Of a DNA stretch of 64,000 nucleotides, positions 9,111 through 18,746 are shown piece after piece. This DNA is from a virus (taxonomy: Duplodnaviria > Caudoviricetes), in the IMG/VR virus record IMGVR_UViG_3300043086_000064, positions 1 to 64,000 of that record, one strand, 5' to 3'. The notes below the pieces were generated by a model. The model worked only from the letters and a program-made list of their open reading frames with translations. It ran no database searches and was not told where the DNA came from. A program made the position numbers and the translations under genes. How positions within the stretch are numbered: position 1 is the stretch's first letter; each line of letters opens with the position of its first letter.

Positions 9111-9320
9111 TTATTCATACTCTTGAAACATTTCTTCCAGAATATCTTGAGGGATTCTTTCTTTCTTCAAAGACTTATCCCCCGAATAAAATGTGATGCT
9201 TTGTTGGTCCTCTGGATTACCAAATACGATTGTATAACTTTGTTTCAGTCTTTTGTTTTCTTCTCTTAAAGCTCTATTCGCTTCCAACAGTTCCTCAATT
9301 AAACGTTGTTGATTCATCAT
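9111..9320 (-). CDS. Small coiled-coil protein
   Basis: 69 aa; EANRALREENKRLK; GGAGG RBS. Confidence 0.55.
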   Translation of the reverse strand: MMNQQRLIEELLEANRALREENKRLKQSYTIVFGNPEDQQSITFYSGDKSLKKERIPQDILEEMFQEYE

Positions 9321-9480
9321 TCTCCTCCATCAAGGTGCCGTGCAGGGTTCCTTTAATAAACTTGGTTAAAGCGTCAACTTTAGCTTGCAACATCAAATTT
9401 TCTTTTTCTAACCTTTTAATCTTTTCATCTTTTGTTTCACCATAAGTTCCTAACAAAATGTCAATATCAACCTTATTCAT
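9295..9480 (-). CDS. Small coiled-coil protein (probable start 9480)
   Basis: IKRLEKENLMLQAKVDAL; GGAG upstream of ATG 9480. Confidence 0.5.
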   Translation of the reverse strand: MNKVDIDILLGTYGETKDEKIKRLEKENLMLQAKVDALTKFIKGTLHGTLMEENDESTTFN

Positions 9481-9985
9481 AACGCTCCATTCTCTGTTTA
9501 ATACGTGTCTCAAACTCTACCCTATTGTCTTTCACATATTGTTCCATAAATTGAACACGCTTCTCATCAATATAAGACCAATAATCCCTGTATTCAACAA
9601 TATATGTTGGACTAAGCATATTATCCTCCACAAAGGAAAACTTCTTCTCTTTATTCAACTGAATTAAAGCCTGGTAAATATACATCTTAGAATCTATTAG
9701 TTTATCTTCTGTTGATTTGGGATAAATACCAGCTTCATATGCTGCATCAGCAAAACTGTGAAGGAAATCATCTTCTACGCCCCATGAATTTTGAATTTCC
9801 ATTTTTCTAAAAGACTGTCCTAAATTATTGGTAACTAACCATTGAGGGTTTTCGTTAAACTGTTCTATAATGTATCTCTTAGTTAAAGCAACGCCAACCT
9901 TTTCAACTTGTTTATACCAATCTTCTTCTGTTTTCTTTTGTTCTTTTCCCACATGAATTTTAATTGTTTTGTCCAGAGGATTCAT
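9473..9985 (-). CDS. Hypothetical protein
   Basis: 170-aa ORF with AGGAG RBS. Confidence 0.6.
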   Translation of the reverse strand: MNPLDKTIKIHVGKEQKKTEEDWYKQVEKVGVALTKRYIIEQFNENPQWLVTNNLGQSFRKMEIQNSWGVEDDFLHSFADAAYEAGIYPKSTEDKLIDSKMYIYQALIQLNKEKKFSFVEDNMLSPTYIVEYRDYWSYIDEKRVQFMEQYVKDNRVEFETRIKQRMERYE

Positions 9986-10043
9986 ATTCTATTCTTCTCC
10001 TAAAAGTTTACTTTTAATATCATCTTTTCCTTGAGCTTCTATC

Positions 10044-10475
10044 TCAGCCTGCATGGCTTTCGCTTGCTCTATCATTTCCGCCACTCTCTTCTGAAAGAAG
10101 GACATCTTTTTCGTCTCTTTCTGTTCCTGATTCTCTGTTGTCGTCTGTGTCTGTTTCTCTTCCATCTTCTTCTCCTTTTTCTAATGGTCTAAAAATAAGA
10201 TAAGCTCCTCCGTGGTCATATGTCTCCTCCACACGAATCCTACCTTCTTTTTCAAGTTCTTCTAAGGCAACTCCAACCTTCACTCTGACTGTCATAGCAG
10301 ATAAACCTAAATAAGTTTTACCTAATTTAAACAATAAATCCCAAGTCTTTCCGTCTAAAACAAGACAGTCATCTTCTTCTAACAATTCTAGCAAAGTTAA
10401 TTCAAGAGCAGACTTCATATCCATACTCTTGAATCTTCTCAGTAAGGCAACTTGATTCACGCACCAATCCTCCAC
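10044..10475 (-). CDS. Hypothetical protein, possible winged-helix core
   Basis: 143 aa; LGKTYLGLSAMTVRVKVGVALEELEKEGRIRV resembles a wHTH. Confidence 0.4.
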   Translation of the reverse strand: MEDWCVNQVALLRRFKSMDMKSALELTLLELLEEDDCLVLDGKTWDLLFKLGKTYLGLSAMTVRVKVGVALEELEKEGRIRVEETYDHGGAYLIFRPLEKGEEDGRETDTDDNRESGTERDEKDVLLSEESGGNDRASESHAG

Positions 10476-10729
10476 TCAACTTTAGTGTAAACTGAAATTG
10501 GAATAATTTCTTTAACTTCAACTTCCACTTCTAAGTCATGCTCCTCTCTTTCAATTCTATAAACATAACCAATATAAGTCGCATTTGTCATAGAATCAAT
10601 AGGAAGCAATTCACGAATAAGCTGTTTAACAGCCCTGTCAATGTTGTAGTGAAACTCGTCTGAATCAAAGTCTTTAATTTCTTCCGCATCCAAATCTGGG
10701 GTAACATCAGCAACATAACATACAGTCAT
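10457..10729 (-). CDS. Hypothetical protein
   Basis: 90 aa, acidic, AAGGAG RBS. Confidence 0.6.
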   Translation of the reverse strand: MTVCYVADVTPDLDAEEIKDFDSDEFHYNIDRAVKQLIRELLPIDSMTNATYIGYVYRIEREEHDLEVEVEVKEIIPISVYTKVEWRIGA

Positions 10730-10745
10730 AATTTTTCTCCTTTAT

Positions 10746-10937
10746 TTATTCCTTCTCTTGCTCTCTGAGAAGTTTAAATTCATTTTTCTCTGGTTTTACT
10801 TCTTCTTTACCCAACAAACCAAAAGGAGATTTGTAATAGGAGCAACTTCCATCTTCCCCTATTTCAGCAATAGGGTTGATACACCAAGTTTCTCGTCTGA
10901 ATGGGCAACTTGTTTCTGCACAATAGATAATGCTCAT
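10746..10937 (-). CDS. Small Cys-rich protein (DUF1540-like C-x4-C-x6/7-C pattern)
   Basis: YCAETSCPFRRETWCINP...GSC; same pattern as 16252-16554; own promoter at 10951. Confidence 0.5.
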   Translation of the reverse strand: MSIIYCAETSCPFRRETWCINPIAEIGEDGSCSYYKSPFGLLGKEEVKPEKNEFKLLREQEKE

Positions 10938-11175
10938 TTATCTTTCCTCCTTACATATATATTATATAATAATTTTTATTTCTTTTCCATGCGGCGCCCT
11001 GTTCGCTGCCGATGAGGTCCCGCATACTAAAAAAGTCTCTCCGGCTGTTTGAGAGACTCTTTAAAGAAATGGCAATTATTATAGAAGATTCCTTTTTAGA
11101 TGATGAATAAAGGTTTTTGCAAGTGGGTAGGTTTATAGTGGATTTTCTTCTTTGCCTTTCTTCATATTTATTTTA

Positions 11176-11772
11176 TCAAAAATTTTTTGAATTGTCAAAA
11201 TATATTGTCCAAATTCTGGAAAAATCTTTATAGAATCTCCAAGGGGCGCGAACAGATTTGCAAATAGAAATCAACTCTTTTCTATTAAACCCTTTTGGAG
11301 GCTTTTGTCTTAAAACGATAATTTTAAGAAGCTCGTCGTAAGAATACATCTTTTCTTTTGTTCCATTGTTTAACATAAAGAAGTCTGAACCAACCAATTC
11401 AACAGTATATGGGGAAAGGAAATGGTTCATTTCATCTCCTCGGTAGAACTGATAAGAAACGCCCTCTTTTAACTCTTTTGCATTGAGAGCTTCTTGTAGT
11501 GGCTCAACATAAACACCATAATAAACTTTAAGACTTTTAATCAAATCTCTCATACAATCTAACTCACTAAAATCAAATAAAGAGCTGTGATTATTAAGAC
11601 TAAAGGCGCATTTATCGCGCCATAAATCAATCTCAATAACTTTTTCAGCAGTTCCGTCTGGTGGGGTGAATGTAAATTTTAGGTCATCAATTTTTTCAAT
11701 CTTACATTCCGCAAGAGGATAGTCAATAGATTGGTTAATCATAGCTCCTAAAACTTCATTTGTAATAATCAT
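11176..11772 (-). CDS. Hypothetical protein
   Basis: 198 aa, translationally coupled to the SprT-like gene (GGAGG RBS). Confidence 0.6.
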   Translation of the reverse strand: MIITNEVLGAMINQSIDYPLAECKIEKIDDLKFTFTPPDGTAEKVIEIDLWRDKCAFSLNNHSSLFDFSELDCMRDLIKSLKVYYGVYVEPLQEALNAKELKEGVSYQFYRGDEMNHFLSPYTVELVGSDFFMLNNGTKEKMYSYDELLKIIVLRQKPPKGFNRKELISICKSVRAPWRFYKDFSRIWTIYFDNSKNF

Positions 11773-11773
11773 A

Positions 11774-12271
11774 TCATTTGCCTCCTTTGATTATTTCAAA
11801 CCCTTCATGTTTACATTTTGGGCACATGTAATCTTCAGGGTTTTTGACAGATTTAGTTAAACGTGTAAAACCATATAAACCGCCACATTCTGGACAACGC
11901 AGAACGTGTTTATAATATTTTAAAGGAATGTGCAAATCTTTAATGTTTGCTGTTGTGCTAATGCCTAAGTCATAATGTTTATTAACCTGATTAGCCAGAT
12001 AGCGCCATTCTCCAGTGTGTCCTTCTCCTGGACAAACTGCATGAAGAATTTCATGGATACCAACATGGTCTAAAGAGGATTCTGGGGTGTTCTCATCAAG
12101 CATCATATCAGAAATTTGAATTTCAAATTCACCATTTTCATAGATACATTTGCCAAAACATTTTCTCAGTCTTTTGTTAACACTCCATGTAATCTTATCT
12201 TCTGGGCAAACAATACCAATTTCAAACAACATATCATACCACTTTCCGATGTAGTTATTCAAATTTCTCAT
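11774..12271 (-). CDS. SprT-like zinc metalloprotease with C-terminal Zn ribbon
   Basis: HEILHA (HExxH), GHxGEW, CPEC...CPKC. Confidence 0.85.
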   Translation of the reverse strand: MRNLNNYIGKWYDMLFEIGIVCPEDKITWSVNKRLRKCFGKCIYENGEFEIQISDMMLDENTPESSLDHVGIHEILHAVCPGEGHTGEWRYLANQVNKHYDLGISTTANIKDLHIPLKYYKHVLRCPECGGLYGFTRLTKSVKNPEDYMCPKCKHEGFEIIKGGK

Positions 12272-12370
12272 ATCTATAACCTCTTTCCCTTTTTACATTT
12301 ATATTATAACAAAAATTTATTATAAAATACATGCGGCAACCTCTTTACCGCCGACAAGGTCCCGCACATA

Positions 12371-12403
12371 AGAAAAGAGAAGTGAAATTCACTTCTCTTT
12401 TCC
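12371..12403. terminator. Rho-independent (probably bidirectional) terminator
   Basis: GAAAAGAGAAGTG-AAATT-CACTTCTCTTTTC hairpin just after the 12430 stop. Confidence 0.7.
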
Positions 12404-12429
12404 GGAAAGGAGGATAACTTTTATTTCGT

Positions 12430-12789
12430 CTACACAGAGTAAACTGTGCTTTTCTTCTTTTCAATCATTGTTAAACTTTTCTTAACAGTACCATCTTTAA
12501 CCATTGGAGAAATCAGAGAAGTGATTTTCTGTGGGGAAAGGGAGGCAAGTTCTTCAGCTCGTTCTTGGATACCAGTTCGTGACAATGGTTCACCAGCATC
12601 TTGAAGCACTGTAAGAATTACTCCGCGAAGTGTTGCATCATGTTCTTTTTTCTCTTTACGTTTTGCAGATTCGTTAGAGGATTTACGACTCAATACATCA
12701 AGTTCAGTTTGAATTTTAGCAACCAGTTCATCATTAGCATTTACTTCTTCCATATTCAGCAGCATTTCATACATTTCAACTTTTGTCAT
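12430..12789 (-). CDS. Small winged-helix DNA-binding protein (phage nucleoid-associated-like)
   Basis: VILTVLQDAGEPLSRTGI...SPQKITSLISPMVKDGTVKK; same architecture as 55352-55738; own promoter and terminator. Confidence 0.6.
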   Translation of the reverse strand: MTKVEMYEMLLNMEEVNANDELVAKIQTELDVLSRKSSNESAKRKEKKEHDATLRGVILTVLQDAGEPLSRTGIQERAEELASLSPQKITSLISPMVKDGTVKKSLTMIEKKKSTVYSV

Positions 12790-12856
12790 TTTTCTTACCT
12801 CTTGTTTTTCTTTCTTTTTCTTTTTACATATATATTATAATATAAATTTTTTATTT

Positions 12857-13327
12857 TTACCAGTAATATCTTTCAGTATTCACACTGATGTAAACTTTTT
12901 TAGTTCTCCAACCACATTCAACTTCAATAGCGTCATCATCAAGTAATTCTTCAAACACTTCTTCAAATTTCTCTTTTGTCCAACCGTGTTTTTCAGTCAT
13001 AACTTTTTTTAAGGAATCCAAGTCATCAAGCTCTCCTTCAGCATCATTCTCATCAATCTTATTGGCCTCAAAGAACAATAATCCTTTATCTCCACCAAAG
13101 ATTGGAAGGTTGTCAAAATCATTAAAGTACTTTTCATAGATAGCGGGGTCAATGCAACTAAAGTGTACACCATCAATAGTTTCTTCTCCAGGTTCATACA
13201 TAAAGTCGTCAACAATTTCTTTTATTTCTTCTGAATTTTCTGCTTTACTAATTAACTCCTTAATAATCTGAGCCTGTTCAACATCATCGAAAATAACTGC
13301 CATATACTGTGGGTAGTAGCCTAACAT
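12857..13327 (-). CDS. Acidic hypothetical protein
   Basis: 156 aa, D/E-rich, own promoter at 13352. Confidence 0.65.
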   Translation of the reverse strand: MLGYYPQYMAVIFDDVEQAQIIKELISKAENSEEIKEIVDDFMYEPGEETIDGVHFSCIDPAIYEKYFNDFDNLPIFGGDKGLLFFEANKIDENDAEGELDDLDSLKKVMTEKHGWTKEKFEEVFEELLDDDAIEVECGWRTKKVYISVNTERYYW

Positions 13328-13399
13328 TTTTTATTCCTTCTTTCTTTCTTTTTACATATATATTATAACTTAAATTTTTTAATTTTTAAAGTTTCCGAT

Positions 13400-13669
13400 T
13401 TAATAAACCACTAAGTACCAAGGTTCGCTTCTGTAAAGTCTAATTCTTTCCATGTCACACAGGGCGTCTAAGGCGTCCCATATAACAAGAGTGTCTAGTT
13501 CTTTGTCTGTCATGTTTTGAACAAGAGGAAACAAATCTTTTCTTGTAAAGTCTGTTAGCGACTCAATTTGAATAGATTCTTTCTCCGTTATCTCAACAAT
13601 CCTTTTTAATACTGCGTGTGTAATATCACACACTTCTTGAAAATCTTTAGGTTCTAAATAAATACTCAA
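13400..13669 (-). CDS. Hypothetical protein, related to 13672-13962
   Basis: 89 aa; DKELDTLVIWDALDAL parallels MSDKEVWDTLGEL. Confidence 0.55.
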   Translation of the reverse strand: MSIYLEPKDFQEVCDITHAVLKRIVEITEKESIQIESLTDFTRKDLFPLVQNMTDKELDTLVIWDALDALCDMERIRLYRSEPWYLVVY

Positions 13670-13671
13670 TT

Positions 13672-13962
13672 CTATCCCTCCAATGGTAAAGGTCTTACAA
13701 TTTGAATGTAATAATGTTCAGCTTCTTCATCATAGCCTACCACAATTACATCTTGAAGAATTAGCTCACCAAGAGTATCCCAAACTTCTTTATCAGACAT
13801 CTCCATTCCTTCATACAATTTTTCCAACTTCTGTGAAGCTCTATCAGAAACAAGAGTGAAAGTGTAATTAACTATATCCTCTGTAATAATTAGAGCTTCT
13901 GAATACCGCTGCGAAAGTTCCTCAATAGCTTGATATACGGCTAAAGTTTTCCAAATGTTCAT
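13672..13962 (-). CDS. Hypothetical protein
   Basis: 96 aa, GAGG RBS, promoter at 13982. Confidence 0.6.
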   Translation of the reverse strand: MNIWKTLAVYQAIEELSQRYSEALIITEDIVNYTFTLVSDRASQKLEKLYEGMEMSDKEVWDTLGELILQDVIVVGYDEEAEHYYIQIVRPLPLEG

Positions 13963-14080
13963 ATTTATTACCTCTTTCCTTTTGCATATATATTATAATA
14001 TAAATTTTTTAAAAATTAAATGAGGCGGGAACTGCTTCGCAGCTTTACGTTTTATTCAAACAACCGCCAAGGAGGTGCCG

Positions 14081-14509
14081 CTAGAATAAATAAGTATCAT
14101 CTGGAAAATCAAAGGAAGAATCATAAAGATAATAAATCAGGTCGTCTTTTGTGATTGTGGAGCAAGGGTGAATTTTACTTAACATCTCTTGTTCACCATA
14201 AGTGAATACCATTCCAGCAAAAAGTTCTTCGTCACTCAATCCATGGTTATTGAAAATTTCTTCTTCGTCCATATAGCCGCTTTGAACACAAAAGTTGACA
14301 ACATCATCAAGGAGATAATAGAAAGGTGACATTTCTACGCTATCACTAACGTAAACTTCATAGCTTTTCTTATTATCTATTGTAATTTTAGTTTTAATTA
14401 AAACAACTTCCATAACAGAGGAGTTTGCATCTTTTTTGAAGCGGAAGTCATAAATTCTATGGAAATTATTAGGGGCTAATTCATGGTAAAGTTTTTTTGT
14501 TTTAATCAT
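14081..14509 (-). CDS. Hypothetical protein
   Basis: 142 aa, GAGG RBS, promoter at 14529. Confidence 0.6.
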   Translation of the reverse strand: MIKTKKLYHELAPNNFHRIYDFRFKKDANSSVMEVVLIKTKITIDNKKSYEVYVSDSVEMSPFYYLLDDVVNFCVQSGYMDEEEIFNNHGLSDEELFAGMVFTYGEQEMLSKIHPCSTITKDDLIYYLYDSSFDFPDDTYLF

Positions 14510-14579
14510 AATATATACCTCTTTCTTTTTACATATATATTATAATATAAATTTTTAAAATAATAAAAGCTGCGGGACC

Positions 14580-15065
14580 TTACTCGCAGCTTTCAACTTC
14601 CTCCATGTTAATAACTTCAATACTCTTAAATCCTTCATTATAATAAGGCACTTCAAGGTCATAATAGTCCATTTCAAGATTATGTGGAAGAGCCTGCTCA
14701 TCTCTCATAGCGTTTTTCTTTAAACAGTTTTCAAGGGTATCATTAAAGAAAACCGCATTGACTTCAATATCCTGTTCATTCATACGAGAGCAGAAAGTTT
14801 TACGTCTTTCTTTTTTAATGTTTGTTGCATCATAGATAGCCAATCTATCTTTCTCTTTTGTCTTTGTGCTATTTAAGAAATTTTCAATTTGCTCATGCAC
14901 TTTTGCAAATACTTGGTCATCTGTCATATTGTAAAACTCATTCTCAACATCTTTATTGGAAAAAATTTTACAGTCCTTATTTTTTTCTTTTTCTTTTAAC
15001 TCATTCGCATAGGTAGTTTTTCCCACCCCTGGAACGCCAATTAACATAACACATTCTTTTTTCAT
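14580..15065 (-). CDS. P-loop kinase, AAA_33 / polynucleotide-kinase-like
   Basis: Walker A GVPGVGKT; DATN-x4-RR typical of the PNK-like kinase module. Confidence 0.85.
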   Translation of the reverse strand: MKKECVMLIGVPGVGKTTYANELKEKEKNKDCKIFSNKDVENEFYNMTDDQVFAKVHEQIENFLNSTKTKEKDRLAIYDATNIKKERRKTFCSRMNEQDIEVNAVFFNDTLENCLKKNAMRDEQALPHNLEMDYYDLEVPYYNEGFKSIEVINMEEVESCE

Positions 15066-15080
15066 TCTTATCTTCCTTTC

Positions 15081-15338
15081 TTATATGCGCAGCACCATAC
15101 AAATAACACCAATTAAAAAAACAACAAAGCAGATAATAACACCGCTTTCCCAATATTCAACCCAATCATCAATAGGTTGAACAATTTGAGTTGCACAGCA
15201 TATAATATCGCCAATATAGCCTAAAACTAAAAGACCAGCCAGGATAGCAACACCTACGAGGCTAATTTGAATCATTGATACGTAAAACATAATTCCAATT
15301 CTTGTTCCTGGGGGGTTCCTCCGCCGCGATAAGGACAC
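15081..15338 (-). CDS. Small membrane protein (start uncertain)
   Basis: Two hydrophobic segments. Confidence 0.45.
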   Translation of the reverse strand: MSLSRRRNPPGTRIGIMFYVSMIQISLVGVAILAGLLVLGYIGDIICCATQIVQPIDDWVEYWESGVIICFVVFLIGVICMVLRI

Positions 15339-15383
15339 CCCCTCTACTTTCCTTTCTTCTTATAACATTATAACATAAATTTT

Positions 15384-15629
15384 TTATTTTTTAAACTGTA
15401 CGCATACAAAATAGCCGACACAGCCGACCACTATACAAACAATAGCAACAACGGCTGTAAACGCCCAGACGTTATAGAACCAAGTCGGATAGGTCAATTC
15501 CGGCCTCGCATAATAAGCAACCTCTAGGATAACAGACATGGCAAAAACAACGATTGAGGTAGCCAAACTCAAGAACCCGCAATCTGCAATCAGAATCAAA
15601 ACGCGAGTCAAAACATTTTTGTCTAACAT
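15384..15629 (-). CDS. Small two-TM membrane protein
   Basis: 81 aa, hydrophobic, GGGGAG RBS. Confidence 0.55.
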   Translation of the reverse strand: MLDKNVLTRVLILIADCGFLSLATSIVVFAMSVILEVAYYARPELTYPTWFYNVWAFTAVVAIVCIVVGCVGYFVCVQFKK

Positions 15630-15646
15630 AAATATTCTCCCCTACT

Positions 15647-15943
15647 TTAAAGCAAGCAGATGCTCCTAGCTAAGTCAGCTAAAACAACATCACGGCGAAA
15701 ATCTTCCAGAGGTGTTTCAGGCTTAATCTCCAGAAGTTGCAGAATTATTTCAACATCACTATGCTCAATAGCATAATCCTGTTGTAACCTAGTTATATCA
15801 TTTGTTTCATATCCTTCTTTAGCTAAAGTTAATAACTCTATGCCTAGTTTACACGCCTGAATTTCCCTCTCTTGAGTTCTCTCCATTTTGTCCACAACAG
15901 AACAATATAATTTATTAACATTTAACATTTTTAATTTCCTCAT
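15647..15943 (-). CDS. Hypothetical protein
   Basis: 98 aa downstream of TTGTAA-17-TATAAT. Confidence 0.55.
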   Translation of the reverse strand: MRKLKMLNVNKLYCSVVDKMERTQEREIQACKLGIELLTLAKEGYETNDITRLQQDYAIEHSDVEIILQLLEIKPETPLEDFRRDVVLADLARSICLL

Positions 15944-16022
15944 TTCCTAAATAATTATACTAAAAAATTTCAAAATTTACAATATAAAGGCGGGACCTCG
16001 CTCGCCGCCTAATGGTTCCCGC

Positions 16023-16343
16023 CTATCTCCACATGAGAACAATTCCACAAAGCTCTCCCGTGTCTTCTTTTACTCTTATTATTTTAAACGCTTCTCTTGG
16101 CTCTTCTTCTTCCAGTACGCTTGTAATCCATTCTTCTCTCTCTTGATTATCCTTACAAATTTTCACACTTGTAACTTTACAATCTGGCCCAGGAAGCCAT
16201 TTATCGTTATCTAATTCAGCTTCTGTAAGAACTAAATCATATTCATAAGTATCAGCCTTCGTTTTCAGATAATTCTGAAACATCAGATAAATCAGTGCTG
16301 CTATCTCCGCTATTGCTACTGCCCAAATCGCCAAATTCAACAT
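16023..16343 (-). CDS. Hypothetical protein with N-terminal TM anchor
   Basis: 106 aa; GAGG RBS. Confidence 0.55.
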   Translation of the reverse strand: MLNLAIWAVAIAEIAALIYLMFQNYLKTKADTYEYDLVLTEAELDNDKWLPGPDCKVTSVKICKDNQEREEWITSVLEEEEPREAFKIIRVKEDTGELCGIVLMWR

Positions 16344-16554
16344 GAACCTCTACCTCCTTCTCAGTTACTAGCTCTCCATCTAAAACTAACTCAATCTCTT
16401 TTCCAATCTTTTTAATACCTTCTTCATCTACATGTCTTGGTCTACCGTCTGGTCTAAAAATAACGTCACACATAGCCGCTTCATTGATTACAGGCAAAGG
16501 ATTTCCACATTGTTTATCATAATTCCACGGACACTTCCCATTTCTACAAATCAT
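16252..16554 (-). CDS. Small Cys-rich protein, related to 10746-10937
   Basis: CRNGKCPWNYDKQCGNP...MC; start overlaps the upstream stop. Confidence 0.5.
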   Translation of the reverse strand: MICRNGKCPWNYDKQCGNPLPVINEAAMCDVIFRPDGRPRHVDEEGIKKIGKEIELVLDGELVTEKEVEVHVEFGDLGSSNSGDSSTDLSDVSELSENEG

Positions 16555-16934
16555 TAAAATACCCCCCTACACAATAGAAGAATATCTTCGTCTAAGGCTG
16601 CTCTCTCCAATTCTTTTTTAATTTTGTGATAAATTAACACATCATTCTCTTTAAAAATGTGAAAAGACATCAGATTAAACTGAAAATCAACAACAGTCCC
16701 AGAAGATTGTGCAATCATTCTAAGAAGAGGTTCTTCATAGGTTTTAACACAATGGTTGTATAACGGCCTGTTAGCTTGAATAAAATCAATCTTGTCATTC
16801 TTTCCTACCTTAGTTGCAAGGTTTGGCACATCAATCATTTCTACATCAAAATTTTCATTCTTTAATTCTTTTGGACTTACACTCTTAACCATCTCTTTAA
16901 CAAAAGTGTTGATAATATCAGTGGCAGTGTTCAT
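16554..16934 (-). CDS. Hypothetical protein
   Basis: 126 aa, AGGAGG RBS, promoter at 16962. Confidence 0.6.
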   Translation of the reverse strand: MNTATDIINTFVKEMVKSVSPKELKNENFDVEMIDVPNLATKVGKNDKIDFIQANRPLYNHCVKTYEEPLLRMIAQSSGTVVDFQFNLMSFHIFKENDVLIYHKIKKELERAALDEDILLLCRGVF

Positions 16935-17046
16935 ATAGCCATTCCTCCTATTTATATAAATATTATACCTTAATTTTTAATAAAAGTACATGCGGCAACC
17001 TTTTCGCAGCCGACGAGGTCCCGCCTAAAAAAGAAGGGGAGAAAGT

Positions 17047-17430
17047 TTACACTTCCTCCGTAGAATTTTCTTTGATAATCTCTCTTAATGTTTTCAAAGC
17101 ATTGTCGATTGATTCATCTAAATAATTGATAATTTCCTCTTGATTGATAACTGTACTTAACTCTGGATAATCAGTGTAAAGCTGTTGAATAACTTGAGCA
17201 CGTTTCAAAGCTCCGGCCTTGGCCACATCTTGATAATCTTCCTCGGCCTGTTTAACATAATTCAACATAATCTCATTGATTTTAGCTTTGATAATCTCAA
17301 TCTTTTGCTCTTTTGATTTGTTCATAAAAACATAAATCTGTTTAATAATTTCTGCAATCAAAATTAAATCAATAACCAAAGTCAGCCAGTTGTCTTTCAA
17401 CCACATTAAAATGTTAATAGCAGATTTCAC
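17047..17430 (-). CDS. Holin, LL-H (superfamily VI)-like
   Basis: One N-terminal TM followed by AEEDY...GALKRAQV...IDNAL, as in LL-H-type holins. Confidence 0.6.
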   Translation of the reverse strand: MKSAINILMWLKDNWLTLVIDLILIAEIIKQIYVFMNKSKEQKIEIIKAKINEIMLNYVKQAEEDYQDVAKAGALKRAQVIQQLYTDYPELSTVINQEEIINYLDESIDNALKTLREIIKENSTEEV

Positions 17431-18017
17431 CCTAAGCTCTCCTTTCCGTCCCCTGATATTTCAGCAGGCTCTTGCATAGGCTCTTGTCTATTTTCTTCCT
17501 CATACTTCTTCATGGCTAAATCATAAGTGATTCCATTCACGGTATTTTCTTTTGCTGATTTTAAACAATATACAGCATAGCCAATCGTTTCAGCAATCAC
17601 AGCGCCAATCAGTGAGTTAATAGGAGAAAAGTCAGTAGTCATTCCCATTAGTTGAGAAATTTCAATACTTTTCATAACAGCGTAACAAGCAAAAACTTCA
17701 ATAGCTACGCAGTTAATGAACAGAAAAGTAATCAACTTCTTTGAAGTTGTCATCTTTTTTGTCTTACCTTTTCTTTTAAAATTTTTCTTATCCTCTTTCA
17801 ATGCTTGCTCTTGTTCAAGAACAGATTTTTCGTAGGCCCAGAGTTTGGTCTCCTTCTCTACTTTCTCTTTTCTATCTTTCATCATCATTTTTGTAATACA
17901 CCAAAAAGAGAGACTAAGCTCTCTTCTTTTCTTCCTTTCTTCGTTTAAGGTCTTTGATACCTTGTTCCCAAATATCTTGAGTTTCACAAATAGCGTCATC
18001 GAGTTTGATAATCTCAT
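17427..18017 (-). CDS. Two-TM membrane protein next to the holin (true start probably near 17888)
   Basis: SKKLITFLFINCVAIEVF...YCLKSAKEN; the annotated N-terminus overlaps the upstream gene. Confidence 0.55.
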   Translation of the reverse strand: MRLSNSMTLFVKLKIFGNKVSKTLNEERKKRRELSLSFWCITKMMMKDRKEKVEKETKLWAYEKSVLEQEQALKEDKKNFKRKGKTKKMTTSKKLITFLFINCVAIEVFACYAVMKSIEISQLMGMTTDFSPINSLIGAVIAETIGYAVYCLKSAKENTVNGITYDLAMKKYEEENRQEPMQEPAEISGDGKESLG

Positions 18018-18381
18018 TTTCCCATTTGCCTACTTCAGCAGAAGCTCTGGCAACTTCCTTGCTTGTAATTTTATAAATTGACCAGTTAAGTTCTGGATTG
18101 GTGGCAAAAACAGATTCGCTATGGCACCCCCAAAAAACTTCTTCACAAGTATTCCAAACGGATTTATACTTCTCTTTTGCAATCAACAGGCGTCTTTTAG
18201 CATATTTTCGTCTAGCTCTTAGTTCTGCAAGGCGGCACCCCTGAAAGCGGCTAAAATCATCTTCTGGTGAGCATTTAGCTGTTCCTGTAAACTCTCCATA
18301 CTCGTTGTGGATTGTTACAGTAGAAACTCCAGTTTTAGCGTCAACAGTGCAGTTGTTCATTTTCATTCTTTTTTTACTCAT
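17914..18381 (-). CDS. Phage hypothetical protein
   Basis: GTAKCSPEDDFSRFQGCRLAELRA, recalled as a G-x-A-x-C-x-P-x-D-x-F phage motif. Confidence 0.6.
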   Translation of the reverse strand: MSKKRMKMNNCTVDAKTGVSTVTIHNEYGEFTGTAKCSPEDDFSRFQGCRLAELRARRKYAKRRLLIAKEKYKSVWNTCEEVFWGCHSESVFATNPELNWSIYKITSKEVARASAEVGKWENEIIKLDDAICETQDIWEQGIKDLKRRKEEKKRA

Positions 18382-18404
18382 ATATGATTTACCTTTCTAT
18401 TTGT

Positions 18405-18683
18405 TTACTTATCTAATTCAGGATAGCAACAGTCGTCTTGCCCTTCAAAATAATATTTCTTTAATTTATCTACACCAATATGTTGAATTGCGGCGATAGC
18501 TTCTTCTCTTGTATCAAAATAGCAGAAGCAACCAGGATTGTTGTAGTATGAAAAACTTGGTAAAATTTCACAATCACCAATTCCAACAGACATTGTTAAA
18601 TAATAGTTTGCTGCTGCCGGATAAAACTCTGCTCTTGCCCCACATTCAAGAATCAATCTCCAAACGATTTTATTTCTGTCCAT
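18405..18683 (-). CDS. Phage hypothetical protein
   Basis: YFDTREEAIAAIQHIG motif; AAGGAG RBS. Confidence 0.6.
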   Translation of the reverse strand: MDRNKIVWRLILECGARAEFYPAAANYYLTMSVGIGDCEILPSFSYYNNPGCFCYFDTREEAIAAIQHIGVDKLKKYYFEGQDDCCYPELDK

Positions 18684-18746
18684 ATCTTTCTCCTTCTCTG
18701 GAATAGAATTTGTTTCATCTAAATTTCTTTGATTTGCCCAGCCTCT

